NCBI GenBank assembly: GCA_030704615.1
Contig: CM060733.1
Span: forward strand, 14,198,001-14,262,000
DNA length: 64,000 nt
Direction: 5' to 3'
DNA from: Takakia lepidozioides
Taxonomy: Eukaryota; Plantae; Bryophyta
Below the pieces are notes generated by a model. The model had not been told where the DNA came from. It saw only the letters and a list, made by a program, of their open reading frames with translations, and did not search any database. This document shows, one piece after another, positions 50,299 through 63,300 of the stretch; position 1 is the first letter of the stretch; each line of letters opens with the position of its first letter. Made by a program: the position numbers and the translations under genes.

Positions 50299-51903
50299 TT
50301 AATGTAGTGACTTTATTTCCTTTTAACCAATGAGATCATGTAATACCTTAAAAAAAAACGAAATCATACCTTAACGAAATCATAAGAAATTTCCTTCATC
50401 TGACATTAAATGTAAATAGAAATAGAGGTGAAGTGTTCCTCATAAGTGTTTCCTTTTCTCTGGAAAAATAATAATAATAATGAAAGAGGATATCAATGTT
50501 AGCATATGCCGCATCGTGTCCCTATCATGGCTTATTCCTATCTTTTCTACGCTGGATTATAACCATTAAGAATAAAATAAAAATGCCATTGGAATGCGCT
50601 TAATGTGGCCCATCTTGTTGTAGTTGGAGAAATTTTCATTAGAGTTGATCTACCTATAGCAATTTGAGGATAAAACAAGTAGGCCCATGGATTTTAACTA
50701 ATTTATAATATTTTTGAAAATGAAGCTACTATTGGAAAGTTCTTTATGTGCCCCGTCAATTTGTAGTTGGAACAATTTTCAGTAAGTTCATTTACCAGAT
50801 ATAAGTTGAGTGTAAAGCAGGATTAGACAGTGAATTGTGGTTCATTACCCTTTGGGTAAGCTTATTGGCCTATCACGGTGCACCCAAGCTAACATGTTCC
50901 AAAAAATGGGAATACTTTCTTGCAGCATGGGCATACTTTTGAGCGCCGCCCCACATGGGCCATGAAGAGAGCTTCTACCCTAGCCTTGCACCAATGTGGG
51001 GCACATGCGCCATGAACGGTGCTTCTATCCTAACCTTGCACCATGGGCATACTTTTGAGCGCCACTGCGGGGCACATGCTCCATGAAAAGGGCGATTTTG
51101 TCCAAGCCATTCGCGATCATATGCCATATGCTTGCGTCGGCAAGAGTCCACATTTATTTTGTTTGCACAACATTGATCTCGGTGTAATTTGGATAAAATG
51201 ATATAAGTAATCATAAGTTACATGCCATATTAAGTTACACTTGTTTTGGCAAGAGACCACATTTTATTATATTTGCATATCACCAATATCAGTGTAAGTT
51301 TCGATCAAGTGACATCGTAAGTTACTCTTGTTTTTGGCAAGAGCCCACATTTATGTGTTTGCATAACACCAATCTAGGTGGAATTTCCCGCCCGAGCCTT
51401 CAGGTTGGAATCCACTGTGGCCGACAGTCATATTCCTGCCTTGCACAATATCCAATCGCTAGAAATTCCGAAGAATCTACTTGGAAATTGATCTAGACAT
51501 CCACTTGAGAAAATCCCCCGGGTAATCGCTGACAGTTTGCATTAAGGGGAAAAAAACCTGAAATGGGTGGGAGCACGTCGGGAGAAATTTTTCAAAGCAA
51601 TTTTTCCTTGCACCCTGTCGGAGGCCCATCTTTTTGGTCGCATAAGTTTCTGGTATTTACTTGCAGCATACTCATACCCTTTCAGTTTATAAAAGGGTAG
51701 AAAAGCCCATATTTTTTTATTTACACTTCACGAGCTCTGAATGGATCTCCAATTTACTGAAATTAACATGTTCTTTGACATGATGGAACATGTTGCTATG
51801 TTGGGTTGACTTCTCTGCCTCACATGTTTACTATGAAAATAAGAAGTTTGTACTTAATTAATGTAACATCGAAAAAAACCTCCATACTTTTCTAAACATC
51901 TTA

Positions 51904-52307
51904 GAGCATCTCCAGGATGCCACGGCACTTGCCCGAAAACGGCAATCTAATGACGCAGGGTCCAAAAAAGTAGCGCAACTTGCTCCACGGTTGGCTCAAC
52001 CCGGTAGAATTGCTGCAGGCCCCGCCTTACATCTGTCTCCTGCCTAGCACTTCTGCCAATCATACCGGACCCGCCAACCACTCTACATTAAATTTGTGAG
52101 TTATTTGTGAGTTAACAAGATATGATGTCCTCAGTCAACGTGCCAAGATTGTGATAGAGCGGCAGGCCTGCCTCGGGGCTATCTCTGCCGGGTCTCCAAC
52201 CGTCCCACCCGTGGAGTGTCAGCCAACCAGTCCTTGTAAAACATATCGTCGCCCCTATAACCAAAGTATATATCGTTTGACGGGCCGTGCTCACCATGGA
52301 GATGCTC
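51904..52307. mobile_element. PIF/Harbinger (Tourist-like) MITE
   Basis: tta|gagcatctcca ... tggagatgctc|tta. Confidence 0.88.
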
Positions 52308-52310
52308 TTA

Positions 52311-52757
52311 GAGCATGGCCAACAACGTCAAAAATGGCACGCTAACCTCAAAATGACGTGCGGGGCTGCCTGTCTGCGTCCCCAGCAGCACCGCGAGGCT
52401 CCCTAAGCCCCCATCCCCGCTTAAATTCACCCCCTCTCCCACGGCATATTTCGCTCTTTTATCGTCCAAGATCTTGGCACGGTATCTTCAAATCTGGTGG
52501 GCCAAGGTCAGGTTGTACGATGAAAAGGCACACGTGGTGTTTCCAGCTACGATGGAAATGAAGTTGTTACTCACAACCGCGCCAAATGGCACAAGAGAGT
52601 GACGTCGTTAGCGAGAAACAGGGGTTTTGCCGTGGGAGGCTGCAATGCTACTGGCCTTCACACCAGCTACCACGGTACGATAGGGGCTCCGGGCCAAAAA
52701 TGGGGTGGCATAATGCCATTGGCATGTCTGTTTACCGCGCCGATGCTGGTCATGCTC
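52311..52757. mobile_element. Second PIF/Harbinger MITE abutting the first
   Basis: tta|gagcatggcca ... tggtcatgctc|tta. Confidence 0.82.
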
Positions 52758-54286
52758 TTAGTTGGAGATCTTGGTGCCATGCCCAAGAAATAAAGATGAC
52801 ATCTTATAGAAATTAGTGTCTATGCCATGCCCAATATAGGAAGGGACATGTCTATATGAATACAAGGGGATTCCATCCTACCAAGGCAAATTGAATATAC
52901 AATATGGTGTTCCTCTGCATACAGTTTGCCCAAAACCAAAACAAAGAATAAAAGGCTTTAAAATCGTTCAATGTCCATTGGAACTGTTTTCATTATATCC
53001 AACTTTGTTATGTTTTCCATTTTTTATTTTTCAAAAGTCGCCGAAGGGACTACATACTTGGGTTTCAAGGGCTACATGGTTTCTCTACTCTGATTTCAAC
53101 ATCTGGGTTTGAATTATTTCCTCAAAATGTCAACATTACAGAAGTACATACTGTCCAACGCGTCCCCTTGTTAGTATCGCAAATAAGTTATGTGTCCAAT
53201 ATATCCATCAATTTTTATTATTATTACCATCAACCTCAAGGTTATTTCTCCTTGATAGTAAAATTAAAGGGCCTCTGTCCCTTTTCTTAGAAAAAAGAAA
53301 AAGAAAATTATCATAATTGTTCTTAAGTGAAAAAGATTTACTTTATAGCTTGGCAGCGGTTAGTACTGGTTATTACATCAGCCCTTATCATATCCCACAT
53401 GTCCTTAACAACACTTGAAGGGTATAAAAAGAAAAGATGCGCATAAAACCCATAACGGATCATGGATGTCTGATCATATCCATACATATAACAATATCAT
53501 TTATATTCCTTAAGAATATATCTGCCCACAACTCCAGAGTGTTCTAAAAGTAAATAACTGCCCAAACACTGCTATGCACATCCTCAGGCTTGACAAACAT
53601 TCTTTGTCCTCATACTGAAATTTTTTCACAGGTGGGGAAGAAATTTTGACGGTCAATCATCATAGTCAAACTCATGGTTCACTGGATAATGTAAACCAGT
53701 GCTGAAAAACAAAGATACAGTGGGCCATGCAGCTCATGACTGGGCACTCTCTCTTCCTTCGCACATGGATTACCATAGAAAACACTAGTTAGAAGGCTCC
53801 AGGTTACAAGTTAGAAAGCTCATGGACCAGTTCTCTAAGCTGTGGGTTAGGTTACTGCTTACTCCATAGCTTGAAGAGTCCTGCCGACAGATCCTATATA
53901 GAGTTGACAGCCATGCATGACGTTTCCCATGTAAGGGTATATAAAGGGCTCCTCCAAACCAATCAGCCTGCCACTAGGAACATTGCAGGTTCCTTTCTCC
54001 CACTGAACAGTTGATAAAGTGTGTCTGCAGTTTCAACCCATCTGGAGGTCTTGAATCTCGGATACTTCCAGCTAACTCTCATCCGATCTTGGGGGTCTCT
54101 GATCCCTCTTGAGTGCTCTTTCTTTTGTTTTCAACATCCGAGAACATTTACGATCTTATCTCGGAGATAGGCATGCATCTCTCTGGAGGACAACAAGAAG
54201 CCTTCTACGTTCTGATCTACGATCAAGGCGTTTGCTATGTTATTGATTTGGTCTGCTTGTTTCACGTAAAGGCTAGATCAGTAGCC

Positions 54287-54439
54287 ATGGCGTCTCTCAC
54301 TGTGAGGAAATTGGATGGTGTCACTGCGCCAGAACCAACTCACGTCTGCAAGAAGCTCCCCTGTGACGTGTGCGGAGCTGGCTATAGGAAATGGAAGTTC
54401 ATGAACCGTGTGCAATTTGACCTGAAAATCGGCAATTGA
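54287..54439 (+). CDS. Candidate 50-aa microprotein with an H-x-C-x4-C-x2-C motif
   Basis: gccATGG start context, TATA box tatataaa at ~53938, CT-rich leader; MASLTVRKLDGVTAPEPTHVCKKLPCDVCGAGYRKWKFMNRVQFDLKIGN. Confidence 0.45.
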   Translation: MASLTVRKLDGVTAPEPTHVCKKLPCDVCGAGYRKWKFMNRVQFDLKIGN

Positions 54440-55954
54440 GGTTCCATGTACAATGCCACCGATATAATTGTGTCCAATATCTCTAACGACTTAGCCTGTG
54501 GAGAACACTTACCACCAATGTCATATCCCTAGTAGGTCACTATTATTTGATATGCTGCTTGTCGAAATTCTATCTCTTTTTTGTTTGTGGATGAGACTTT
54601 CTGTCTCACCCCTATCATGCGAAGATCGACCCCTGTGGCACGTACTGAGCTTCATGCAGACCGACTATGGACGTTCCATGCTGAAAGTGACCGATTATGT
54701 AGTTCATGATACTGCAAGTTTTGTACATATATTACGTGTACTAGCATTTAGATAGATCCATATGAGCTAGCCGGTTAGAGAGAGTTTGGTTCCTATGATG
54801 CTTCCAAATGCGCTCTAGGCTAACGTTGGAAATATTATAGAGGTTTGAGAAAAAATAAGGAAAAAAAAAGAGAAGAAACAGAGGTTTGAGAATTATAATT
54901 TATACATGGCGCAATGCTTGACTACTGAGCATGGTATATCACTTGAATTTCTATGATGTTAGTGTACACTTGCAGGTAATGCAACAGCTTCGTGATGTAC
55001 ATGTAATTCTGACCTACCGCCACCCTGCAGTGCTTGACCGATCCACACATATGAGAATCGATAATTTAGATCAGAAACGGAGATATGCACGAATATCAGT
55101 TTTTCAATTGCAACTTACCAACTGAAGATAGTAGTTGATCTCATCGTAAATACAATAACTAAAGCTTGCAAACTTCACGAACATGCCTACAACACCGAGG
55201 CTCACTTGTCCTCCCCACTTCGAGAAGATAGAGTCTAGATGCGTGTTTGGCGGCTCAAAAATCTAGAGTTTAAATAGAAAGGTGGCTAATTCCAACATAC
55301 CCATCTCGGTGGTTACCAAGATCACGACAGGTTAAGTTAGTGTTAGTAACCGTTTATCCATTGCAATTTAATATTGATTGATATTTGAATTTAAAAAGCA
55401 ACTAGAGACTAGAGACTAAGGGCCGGCTTACACGAGGGTCCGGGCCCAAGACCAAGCTAGAAACAAGAAATCCTATTAATCAAGAGCCTCAAATCGGGCC
55501 CAAGCGATTTACACGAGGGTCCGGGCCAAGGACATGGCTACCTACATGGCATGATTTATGGCGCCAAACTCTTGGGCCAACCCAACATATGGAATTTTCC
55601 TCGGATGGAGACCCAACTCTAGTTTCCCTTGGGCCCAAGAAACCTATTAAGATATAGTTTTTAAAGCCTATCACAGCCGTAGGATTGAAACATGTTATAG
55701 ATGGGGTTGTATGCAGGTAGAGATACAGACTACATACTCTCGACAGCCACCTCGTGGCAAGCACTAAACGGAGGTTCTGCCTGTAGAATCATTAGCCTTT
55801 TCTATCTCTTGGACCTCCTTCCATGATGAACACAAACATCATCAACAATCCAGCAAATTGTTCGTTTATTTGTTGTTGCAATGCCAAAATGGTTGTAATC
55901 ACGACTTGTAGGCCATGAAGAGGACCAAGGCCACAAGAATAAATAAATAAATTT

Positions 55955-56424
55955 TTGACGCCTCCGGAAAGAAGCGAAATTATGGTGTCTCTTCACCCCG
56001 AAGGATTATTGCCTTCCACTAGGAAGGTGGACACCTTCAATGTGACACCAAGGGTGGATTGAATCCACAACCACTTCCGAGGTGGTATGTGCCCATACAT
56101 TGGGCTACAACTTGGTTGTGGGCCACAAGAATATTATGCCTTTTTGCTTCCTTGGTTTAGGGATACACGATTTGATGGGAGACAACGAAGGGTAGAAGAT
56201 AGAGAACAAAAGTAGGGGAGAGTGGTTCATATTGGTGTAGGTTTAGTGTAGGTAGACAACCAACATGTAGTCCAGTAGTAATTTTTTTTATACCACGTTG
56301 GATGTGGTTGTGGGTTCAAACCACCGTCTGGTGTGTCATGAAGGTGTGACCCACCTTTGTTGGAAGGCAGTAGCCCTTCGGGGTCAAGTGACACCATAAG
56401 TTACGCTTTCTTTGGGAGGCGTCA
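55955..56424. mobile_element. Fold-back/MITE-like element with ~135-bp imperfect inverted arms; arm copies also at ~33758-33900 and ~57205-57270
   Basis: tgacgcctcc...ttatggtgtc.cttcacc...gaaggtggacaccttca...ccacaaccac.tcc...gtggtat and its reverse complement at 56290-56424. Confidence 0.7.
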
Positions 56425-56886
56425 TATATATATATATATATATATATTAGTGTAGGTTGGGCCAACTTCCATGTCTCGGCCATCTCACTCTCTCGGCCAT
56501 CTCGTTGTCCAAGGCCCAGACCAATTGAGCCGGTCACTTGGCAAAGGGTGGGTCCCACGGGACCAATAGTCAAGTCAAGAGAGATGAGCAATAATGAGCA
56601 ATGCGCACAAGGGTGACCTTCGGAGCTAGCCATTCTTTTAGTGGCGAATAATCGCCAGATTTCGACCTTGCGCATGTCTTGGCGACAGGGGCAAAGGGGC
56701 AAAGGGAAATGAGGCTGAAAAATGTAAACTTTTCGCCAAAAGCTGATTTGGTGGGCCCACCATTCGCCGGAGGGGCCGCAAGAGGGAGGCACGTGGCGCC
56801 ATATTGAATGAAGGCAATTTACAACAGAGGGGCCGGATCCCACCGACCACCTGAAGGACATCGCCACCTGAAGGACCAGCATATAT

Positions 56887-56920
<34 letters not shown>

Positions 56921-58190
56921 GAAGAAAAATAGGTAACATAGCTGGTCTCTTGGCTGGTTCTAGTGTCATCGTCTGTAATGTGTCGTGAAATATAATCTGA
57001 ATGACTGTTTGCAAGATTTGTGAGCCAAGTTACTTGATAATTTTATTTGTATTTCCAAGAGCTTTGCAAACATTGATACTTCTTCTCTATATGTCGTGTA
57101 GCATTAGGCAGGGTCTTTTTGGGTCAGGGTTCAAATATGCCACTTAGTGTAGATTGACTGAAATGCAATATAAGCCAATTTAAGGTTTTGTACTTATGAA
57201 TGGTGGCCGGAAGGCAGTAGCCCTTGTGGTGAAGTGACACCATAAGTTACGGTCCCTTGGGGAGGCGTCATACTTTGTATATTGTTGATCTCTTAGGCGG
57301 CTCTGATATGATGACTTGGCATATGATCAATAACGCCATAGCAGTCGACTGTGACTAGGTTTGACAAAAAGAATTATTGAGCATGAAAAATTGAAGGTGT
57401 TCATGTTGGTGTACATGGGGAGAGACAATGTATTTTAGAGATGAGTGAATGGTATACTGAAGTGATCGGAAGACAACGTCTATAGTAAGCTTTATGAGAC
57501 ATGTAGTGAGACGGGAGAACCAAGTTGTGGTCACACTACATACTATATCCTTTAGACTTATAATATAATGGAAAATATTGTTAAATAGATTCAGTGAGCC
57601 TAGTATATTGTTAAAATTTAAAACATTAAATATATAAAATATTACATACATAAAAATATATGGGGGACGGTTTGAGCGAGTTATAAGTTATAACCACTTG
57701 TTTTGCCTTTACCTCTACCTCCTTTTCTTCACAAATTTCAAAACTTTAAATCTTAGTAGATTAGTGTTGTTAAGGTATTCAATAAGTAAGATATATTTTA
57801 ACTTCTCGCAACATATTTCATTGGCAAGTCTCCTTTCAAAATAGCACAAAACATAATTCAAGAACACAAGATCAAAGGTACACAATTCATGTGAGTTTTA
57901 GGTGGACCCAATTGTTGTTTTCCTCATCAAGTTTTCACTCAATTATTTATTTGTATTTGTAATTTAGATGTTGTGGTTAATTGATTGTACTTATTATATT
58001 TTGTACTTAAGAAAATCAGTAGTGTAGCACTATTTATGTATACACTACAAAGTTATTCAATGTCTTGATCAATACATTAAATCTGGAATAGCATGATGTA
58101 GATTCAGATAATTAGGTTGACGCATACAAGGTACGAAAAGAACACGACATAAGAGTTGGTATATGTTTTTGTAGACAATCAATATTATTG

Positions 58191-59665
58191 ATGGCGGATC
58201 AGGCCACTAAAGAACAGGCCGAGGAACCAGACTTGGTGAAAAAACCACCCAAGTTGGTAAAACGGCGTGACTCAGAAATTGATCGATATAAAAAAGCCGG
58301 TGCTGCCCGTGTAAGTCCATCTAGGCTCCCATATAACTTTATTGTTATTACTATGGAAATTTGATTGTGAAAAGTGGGATCAATTAAAGTCAACATTATT
58401 TAGTGTTTGAGATTAATGTGGTGTTTTTCAAAAAACAAAAAAAAACAAAAAAAAACAAAAAACAAAAAAAAGGTGGTGTGGTTTGGCATGCAGGAAGAGG
58501 TTGAGGAAACCATCAAGCGCATATCTTCTCATAGAGGTTTGTATACTTAGTTCATGACTTGAACATACAATATTTGTTAACATGCATTTGATTGGTTGAA
58601 TTTTGCATGGTCCCGCTAAAACAAAGGTGTCTCCAAGCACAAATTGTGTCTGCATTCGATTGGAAAATGGAGTAATGATCCATATACATGTTTGGTATGT
58701 TGTTTTAGGGATTATTGGTACTGTTATCACCAATCTTGATGGCATTCCCATTAGAAGCTCCATGGACAAAACAAACACCGAACAGGTATATAGGTTTCAA
58801 TTTCAATATTAAGAAAAATTATAAGATTATACTATTTAATTTTGGTTTGTTTTAGGGTTGTATAATTTGCATAACATGCATGAGTAAACTTTCGGATATT
58901 GGTCTGAGACATTATAAGCGAAATCCAATGCAAGGTTTCCCTTACCTTTATATTAAAACATTTTACTTTTGAAAAAAGAAAAAAGAAAAAAAAGAGGTGA
59001 TGCACATTATGTAATGAAGTTGGTGGGTTTGTGAGCATGGATTAGTATGCCTCTTTTGTACCACCGCTAGTGCAACGAGCCAAGATCATAACTACGAATC
59101 ATGACTCAAAGGTATTACATTCTATGTCATAGCATTCATTTTTTTAAATTAAAAAAATAGAGGGTGGTAGTTGGGAAGAAGGTATCCTAGAAATAAAACC
59201 CATACAAATTCAAATATATGTATTTTTTAATGATTTTATTTTATTGCTAGAAAAAACCACCCACCCATGCAACAACAACAATATCAAAAAGAAAAAGAAA
59301 AAGAAAAAAACAACATCAAATACTAGCCACATAGAACGAATAGTTAAATACTAGCCGCACATATTATTGTTTTTGGAGCTTTTACTAGTTATCAAGAAGT
59401 TGCATGATTTTTAGTGAATCTATATATAACATATGATACACAGTTGCATACATATAATGCAAATCAAACTTAGCATAAGTTAGAGCATCTTAAAAACCTA
59501 AATAAAAGTACATTTTTGGGATTGTTTGGTTGTATGAATTATTTACAGAATTCACTAATAATGCTACGTATTCGAACTACAACTACTGAGATCATTGTAA
59601 CTCCTGATGAAGAGTATTTGTTGATTGCGGCACAAAAGACTTCCCACCAATTTGAGTCTGCTTGA
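58191..59665 (+). CDS. DYNLRB: Dynein light chain roadblock/LC7 type, 5 exons
   Basis: Exons ~58191-58310, 58494-58536, 58709-58785, 59046-59111 and 59549-59665; [34 protein letters not shown]...MLRIRTTTTEIIVTPDEEYLLIAAQ. Confidence 0.9.
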
Positions 59666-61028
59666 CTCATTATTTTATTTTATTTTATTTATTTATGTTT
59701 ACAATCTTCAAGTTCATCCATGTGTATATCTATAAATATTTTTTTAACATATACATTATCTATTAATGAATATTAATTTTTAATATGTTACTGATTATAG
59801 ATTTGATATACAAAGAATGTGATGATTTATTTCAATTAAATACAATAATTTATAGTACTGTAATTTATATGAATGAAGTGACATTAGCTACAGTATTAAA
59901 AACCTCATGATAGTTCACCTGTAGATACTTTTTGAAGATTATAAAACCCTCTGCTGTAAATATACAGAAATTTACAATTTTTAAAAAGTATACCCTTCTG
60001 TATATATATTTCTCTTTTCAAAATACCCTTAAATATATATACGTATATTTTTATGTTATATTATATTATTGCAATCTCCCCTGTCGAGGCTTCATATATT
60101 GATATATCCACTTTGCTATTTTTCGCGAATTTTCACCTACCAAAAGCACTTGAAACTCCAAATCTTCCACATGAGGGCCAATCATTGCTCTAAGAAAGCC
60201 CACTTATTTTGCGTCAATTTCAAACGACCCAAAGTACTTGGAATTCCACATCTCCCACACCGTTGGTCCAAAAATCATGAGACCAAGCCGGTGCACACCT
60301 CCTCATCGAGGGCTTTCCAACGGCACCAAGCACCAGGGCTGGGCTACAAAACAAAACAAAACAAGACAAACGTCCCGTTTCACATTCTAGCTACGAAGGT
60401 CGGAGACTAGTTTAGCGTAGAGCAGGGTGCCAATAGTGTCACATCATCATCGTCGTCGTCAGCCACGTCATTGTCGTCGTTTTTCTTGAGAACCTGCCCG
60501 AAATGTCCCAAAGTAAGGGGGAGAGCTGTCTTGCAGCGTGGGGAAGGGAAGATGATGTCCTCGCGTGCTTGAGTGCAGAGGGGTTTTACACATCAATCTT
60601 GGAGGGAGATCTTACATGGTGGATGTTGCCGTCCGAGTGGCTTACCACCAGCCACAAGCCCTGTTGTGTATCAATCTCCATTGACGTTAATCACCTGAAA
60701 AAATCATCAAAAAAGGAAAAAAAGTTTTAGTAAAAGTGGAAAACAATGGTTTGCTTCATGGCTTTTTTCCCCCAATCTAATAAAAATTTCCTGAGGGCCT
60801 CTGTCCCCTCTTTAAATTTAAAAAAGAAAAGAAAAACACAATGAGAAACAAAGTAATGAAGTGAAGATAGGAAATATTGCCACATGCAGACAAACAGGCG
60901 AGGGGTAACCGGCATTTAGGTTGCTCCTTAAGGAGATTCTGATCTTCACAGCTTCTTGGCACGGATCTGAGAGAGGGAGGAGAGAGGGAGAAGAGGGGGA
61001 GGGGGTTGGCGCAAGCGGTTGGGAAGGA

Positions 61029-61830
61029 ATGGCTTGTTGGTTGCTAGAGGCTGGATGGGTGTGGTTCACCAACAATTTCAGTGATTTTCAACTGGCAGCG
61101 CTGGGAAGCTTCTTCATTCACGAAGGTGTATTTTCCTGTCAGGTCTGCCATTTCTTTTGATCGAGAGTTGGGGGCTGCAAAAGTACAAGATTCAAGGCAA
61201 GGTGAATACGGCAGCGGCACAGAAAAAGTGTGTGTTGAAGCTACTGCTGTACCAGACCTGTGTCAATCTGCCCCTCATTACCTTGTCTTACCCGGTCTTC
61301 AAGTACATGGGCTTCACCAGCAAATTGCCCCTCCCATCCTGGAAGGTGGTGTGTTTACCTGTCATACTTCATCATGGAGGACTTGTCTTCTACTGGGGCC
61401 ATCGCATGTTGCACACCAAGTGGCTCTATAAGCATGTCCACAGTGTACACCACGAGTATGCCACACCATTTGGGTTAACCTCAGAATATGCTCATCCACT
61501 GGAGATTCTGTTTCTTGGCTTCGCCACCATTTTTGGGCCTGCCATCACTGGTCCTCACCTACTCACACTCTGGATATGGATGAGCCTGCGGGTGCTGTGG
61601 AGGCTCACTGTGGCTACGACTTTCCTTGGAGCCTTTCCAGAGTTTTTGCTTTCTATGGGGGAGCCGAATTCCATGATTATCACCATCGGTTGCTCTACAC
61701 CAAGTCAGGGAACTACTCATCCACTTTCACCTACATGGACTGGATCTTTGGTACAGACAAGGGGTACAGGAAGCTGAAGGCTTTGAGGAACAAACCAGAT
61801 GAAAAGGCGACCAAGGTGGGGGCAAGTTGA
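61029..61830 (+). pseudogene. SMO2: Sterol 4-alpha-methyl oxidase 2 (SMO2), intronless frameshifted copy (probable processed pseudogene)
   Basis: His boxes YWGHRMLH, HVHSVHHEY and FHDYHH; no introns; frame-disrupting deletions at ~61131, ~61360-61385 and ~61596. Confidence 0.88.
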
Positions 61831-62939
61831 AGTCGATCATTCGCGCGTATAGAATATATGCTGCGCTACCAAAACAATAAATACCACCGTCCAATGTACA
61901 AAAGGTGTAGAGTTACAACGTTCATAACGTGCTTGATCACAACCCACTTGTGCAAAGAATCAGCAAGTGAGCCAAACACCAAAAACCAAGGGGCTAGTGA
62001 GCCTCCGAAACATAAGGCACGAATCCAGGTGGCCACAGAACCAATCCAAAACATCACAAGGGCCAAATTACGAGCGAAGCTGAGTGTGCAAAGAAGTAGA
62101 AGAGAGAGAAACTCGAACTGAATGGAGCCATAAAGAACCCATCACAAACATACGACTAGGAGGACATACAGACAGAGGAGAGCAAACCCACGTTACACAG
62201 CAAGTGACTAGGATCAACGAGGTCTAAATGCATGCACTGTGAACACAGCATCTGGACGAAAATATCTTGTTGTTGGGACACTTTCATAATTCGCTGGAAA
62301 CATTTGTCCCATGTCGTTTGAACCCGCCCACACCAGCAGCAACTACATATAGCATGGCCCGACAAAGACATCACAGTAGCGCAGCGGCTCAACGGAGAAT
62401 GAATAGATGCGGAAGCTGTACATTAGAGATGCAATGAAAGCATAGATGATGCTTTTGAAGTTGCAACTTTATTCACGCTTCAAATCAGTTCGGTGTGCTG
62501 GTTCCTGTAAATGTCCCTTCCTTCTTGGCCATCTTACCCCATCGAGACTGTGAGCAGGTTTACAAGATGTGCCCTGCTTTATATCACGAACGCTTCTTGT
62601 GATGGGCAAACAATACAGATTTGGCTTTGACATCAATGATAATTGCTAACAGAAAGGGCCACAAGGACTTTTACACATTTGAAAATTAAATCTCATGTTC
62701 TGTGTCAGGCAAGTTTACCTCCCGAAGTAATTCGGCTTTGCTTAAAGCACCACCATTGTCCATGGCTCAAAAAAAAATTGTAGTGACATAACATGTTATG
62801 AATCATGCCTAGTATCAACTGTGGATTTAAGAGGGTGTTCTGAATTCTTCCTCTTCAAGAAAGAAGCAAGTAGGTTTTCCCTGCGGAGACTGGCTGCTGT
62901 GCTGATTTCAAACATAAAGTAGTCTCAAGGTGTGGGGTC

Positions 62940-63300
62940 TCAGAAGAGAGCCCGGAGCTTGGTCGCTTCAGCTGCCATTTCTGCAAAGGTGCGGTCTTTT
63001 CGGTCCTGGTCTAGGTCCAGATGCTCTGCCAGCTCCTTCTCCTTGTCGTCCATCTACAAGCATACACAATTTCCAATGTGCCGAGTTTTAGTGGAAATAG
63101 ACATGTTCATATTGTAGAGTGTGAAAGGTTAATCTGAGTACATGATGTAGAACCAGATAATGAAGTCAAGGAGCTTCCGCTGTCAGTGGTAAGATCATTA
63201 CCACATCATAGACTTCGTCATTATTCTTGAAGTCACCTCCCTTTCTGGGCAAAATGTGTACATGGACATGCGGCACCGTTTGGCCTGCTTGTGGGCCATC
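62940..63300 (-). CDS. FHIT: FHIT-type bis(5'-adenosyl)-triphosphatase (HIT family), last two exons; upstream exons lie beyond the window
   Basis: Exons 63202-63300 and 62940-63053: [33 protein letters not shown]|[37 protein letters not shown]. Confidence 0.92.

Noticed and set aside
56316-57014. 232-aa ORF
   Set aside because: Crosses TA/CA microsatellites and a MITE arm; no recognisable motif
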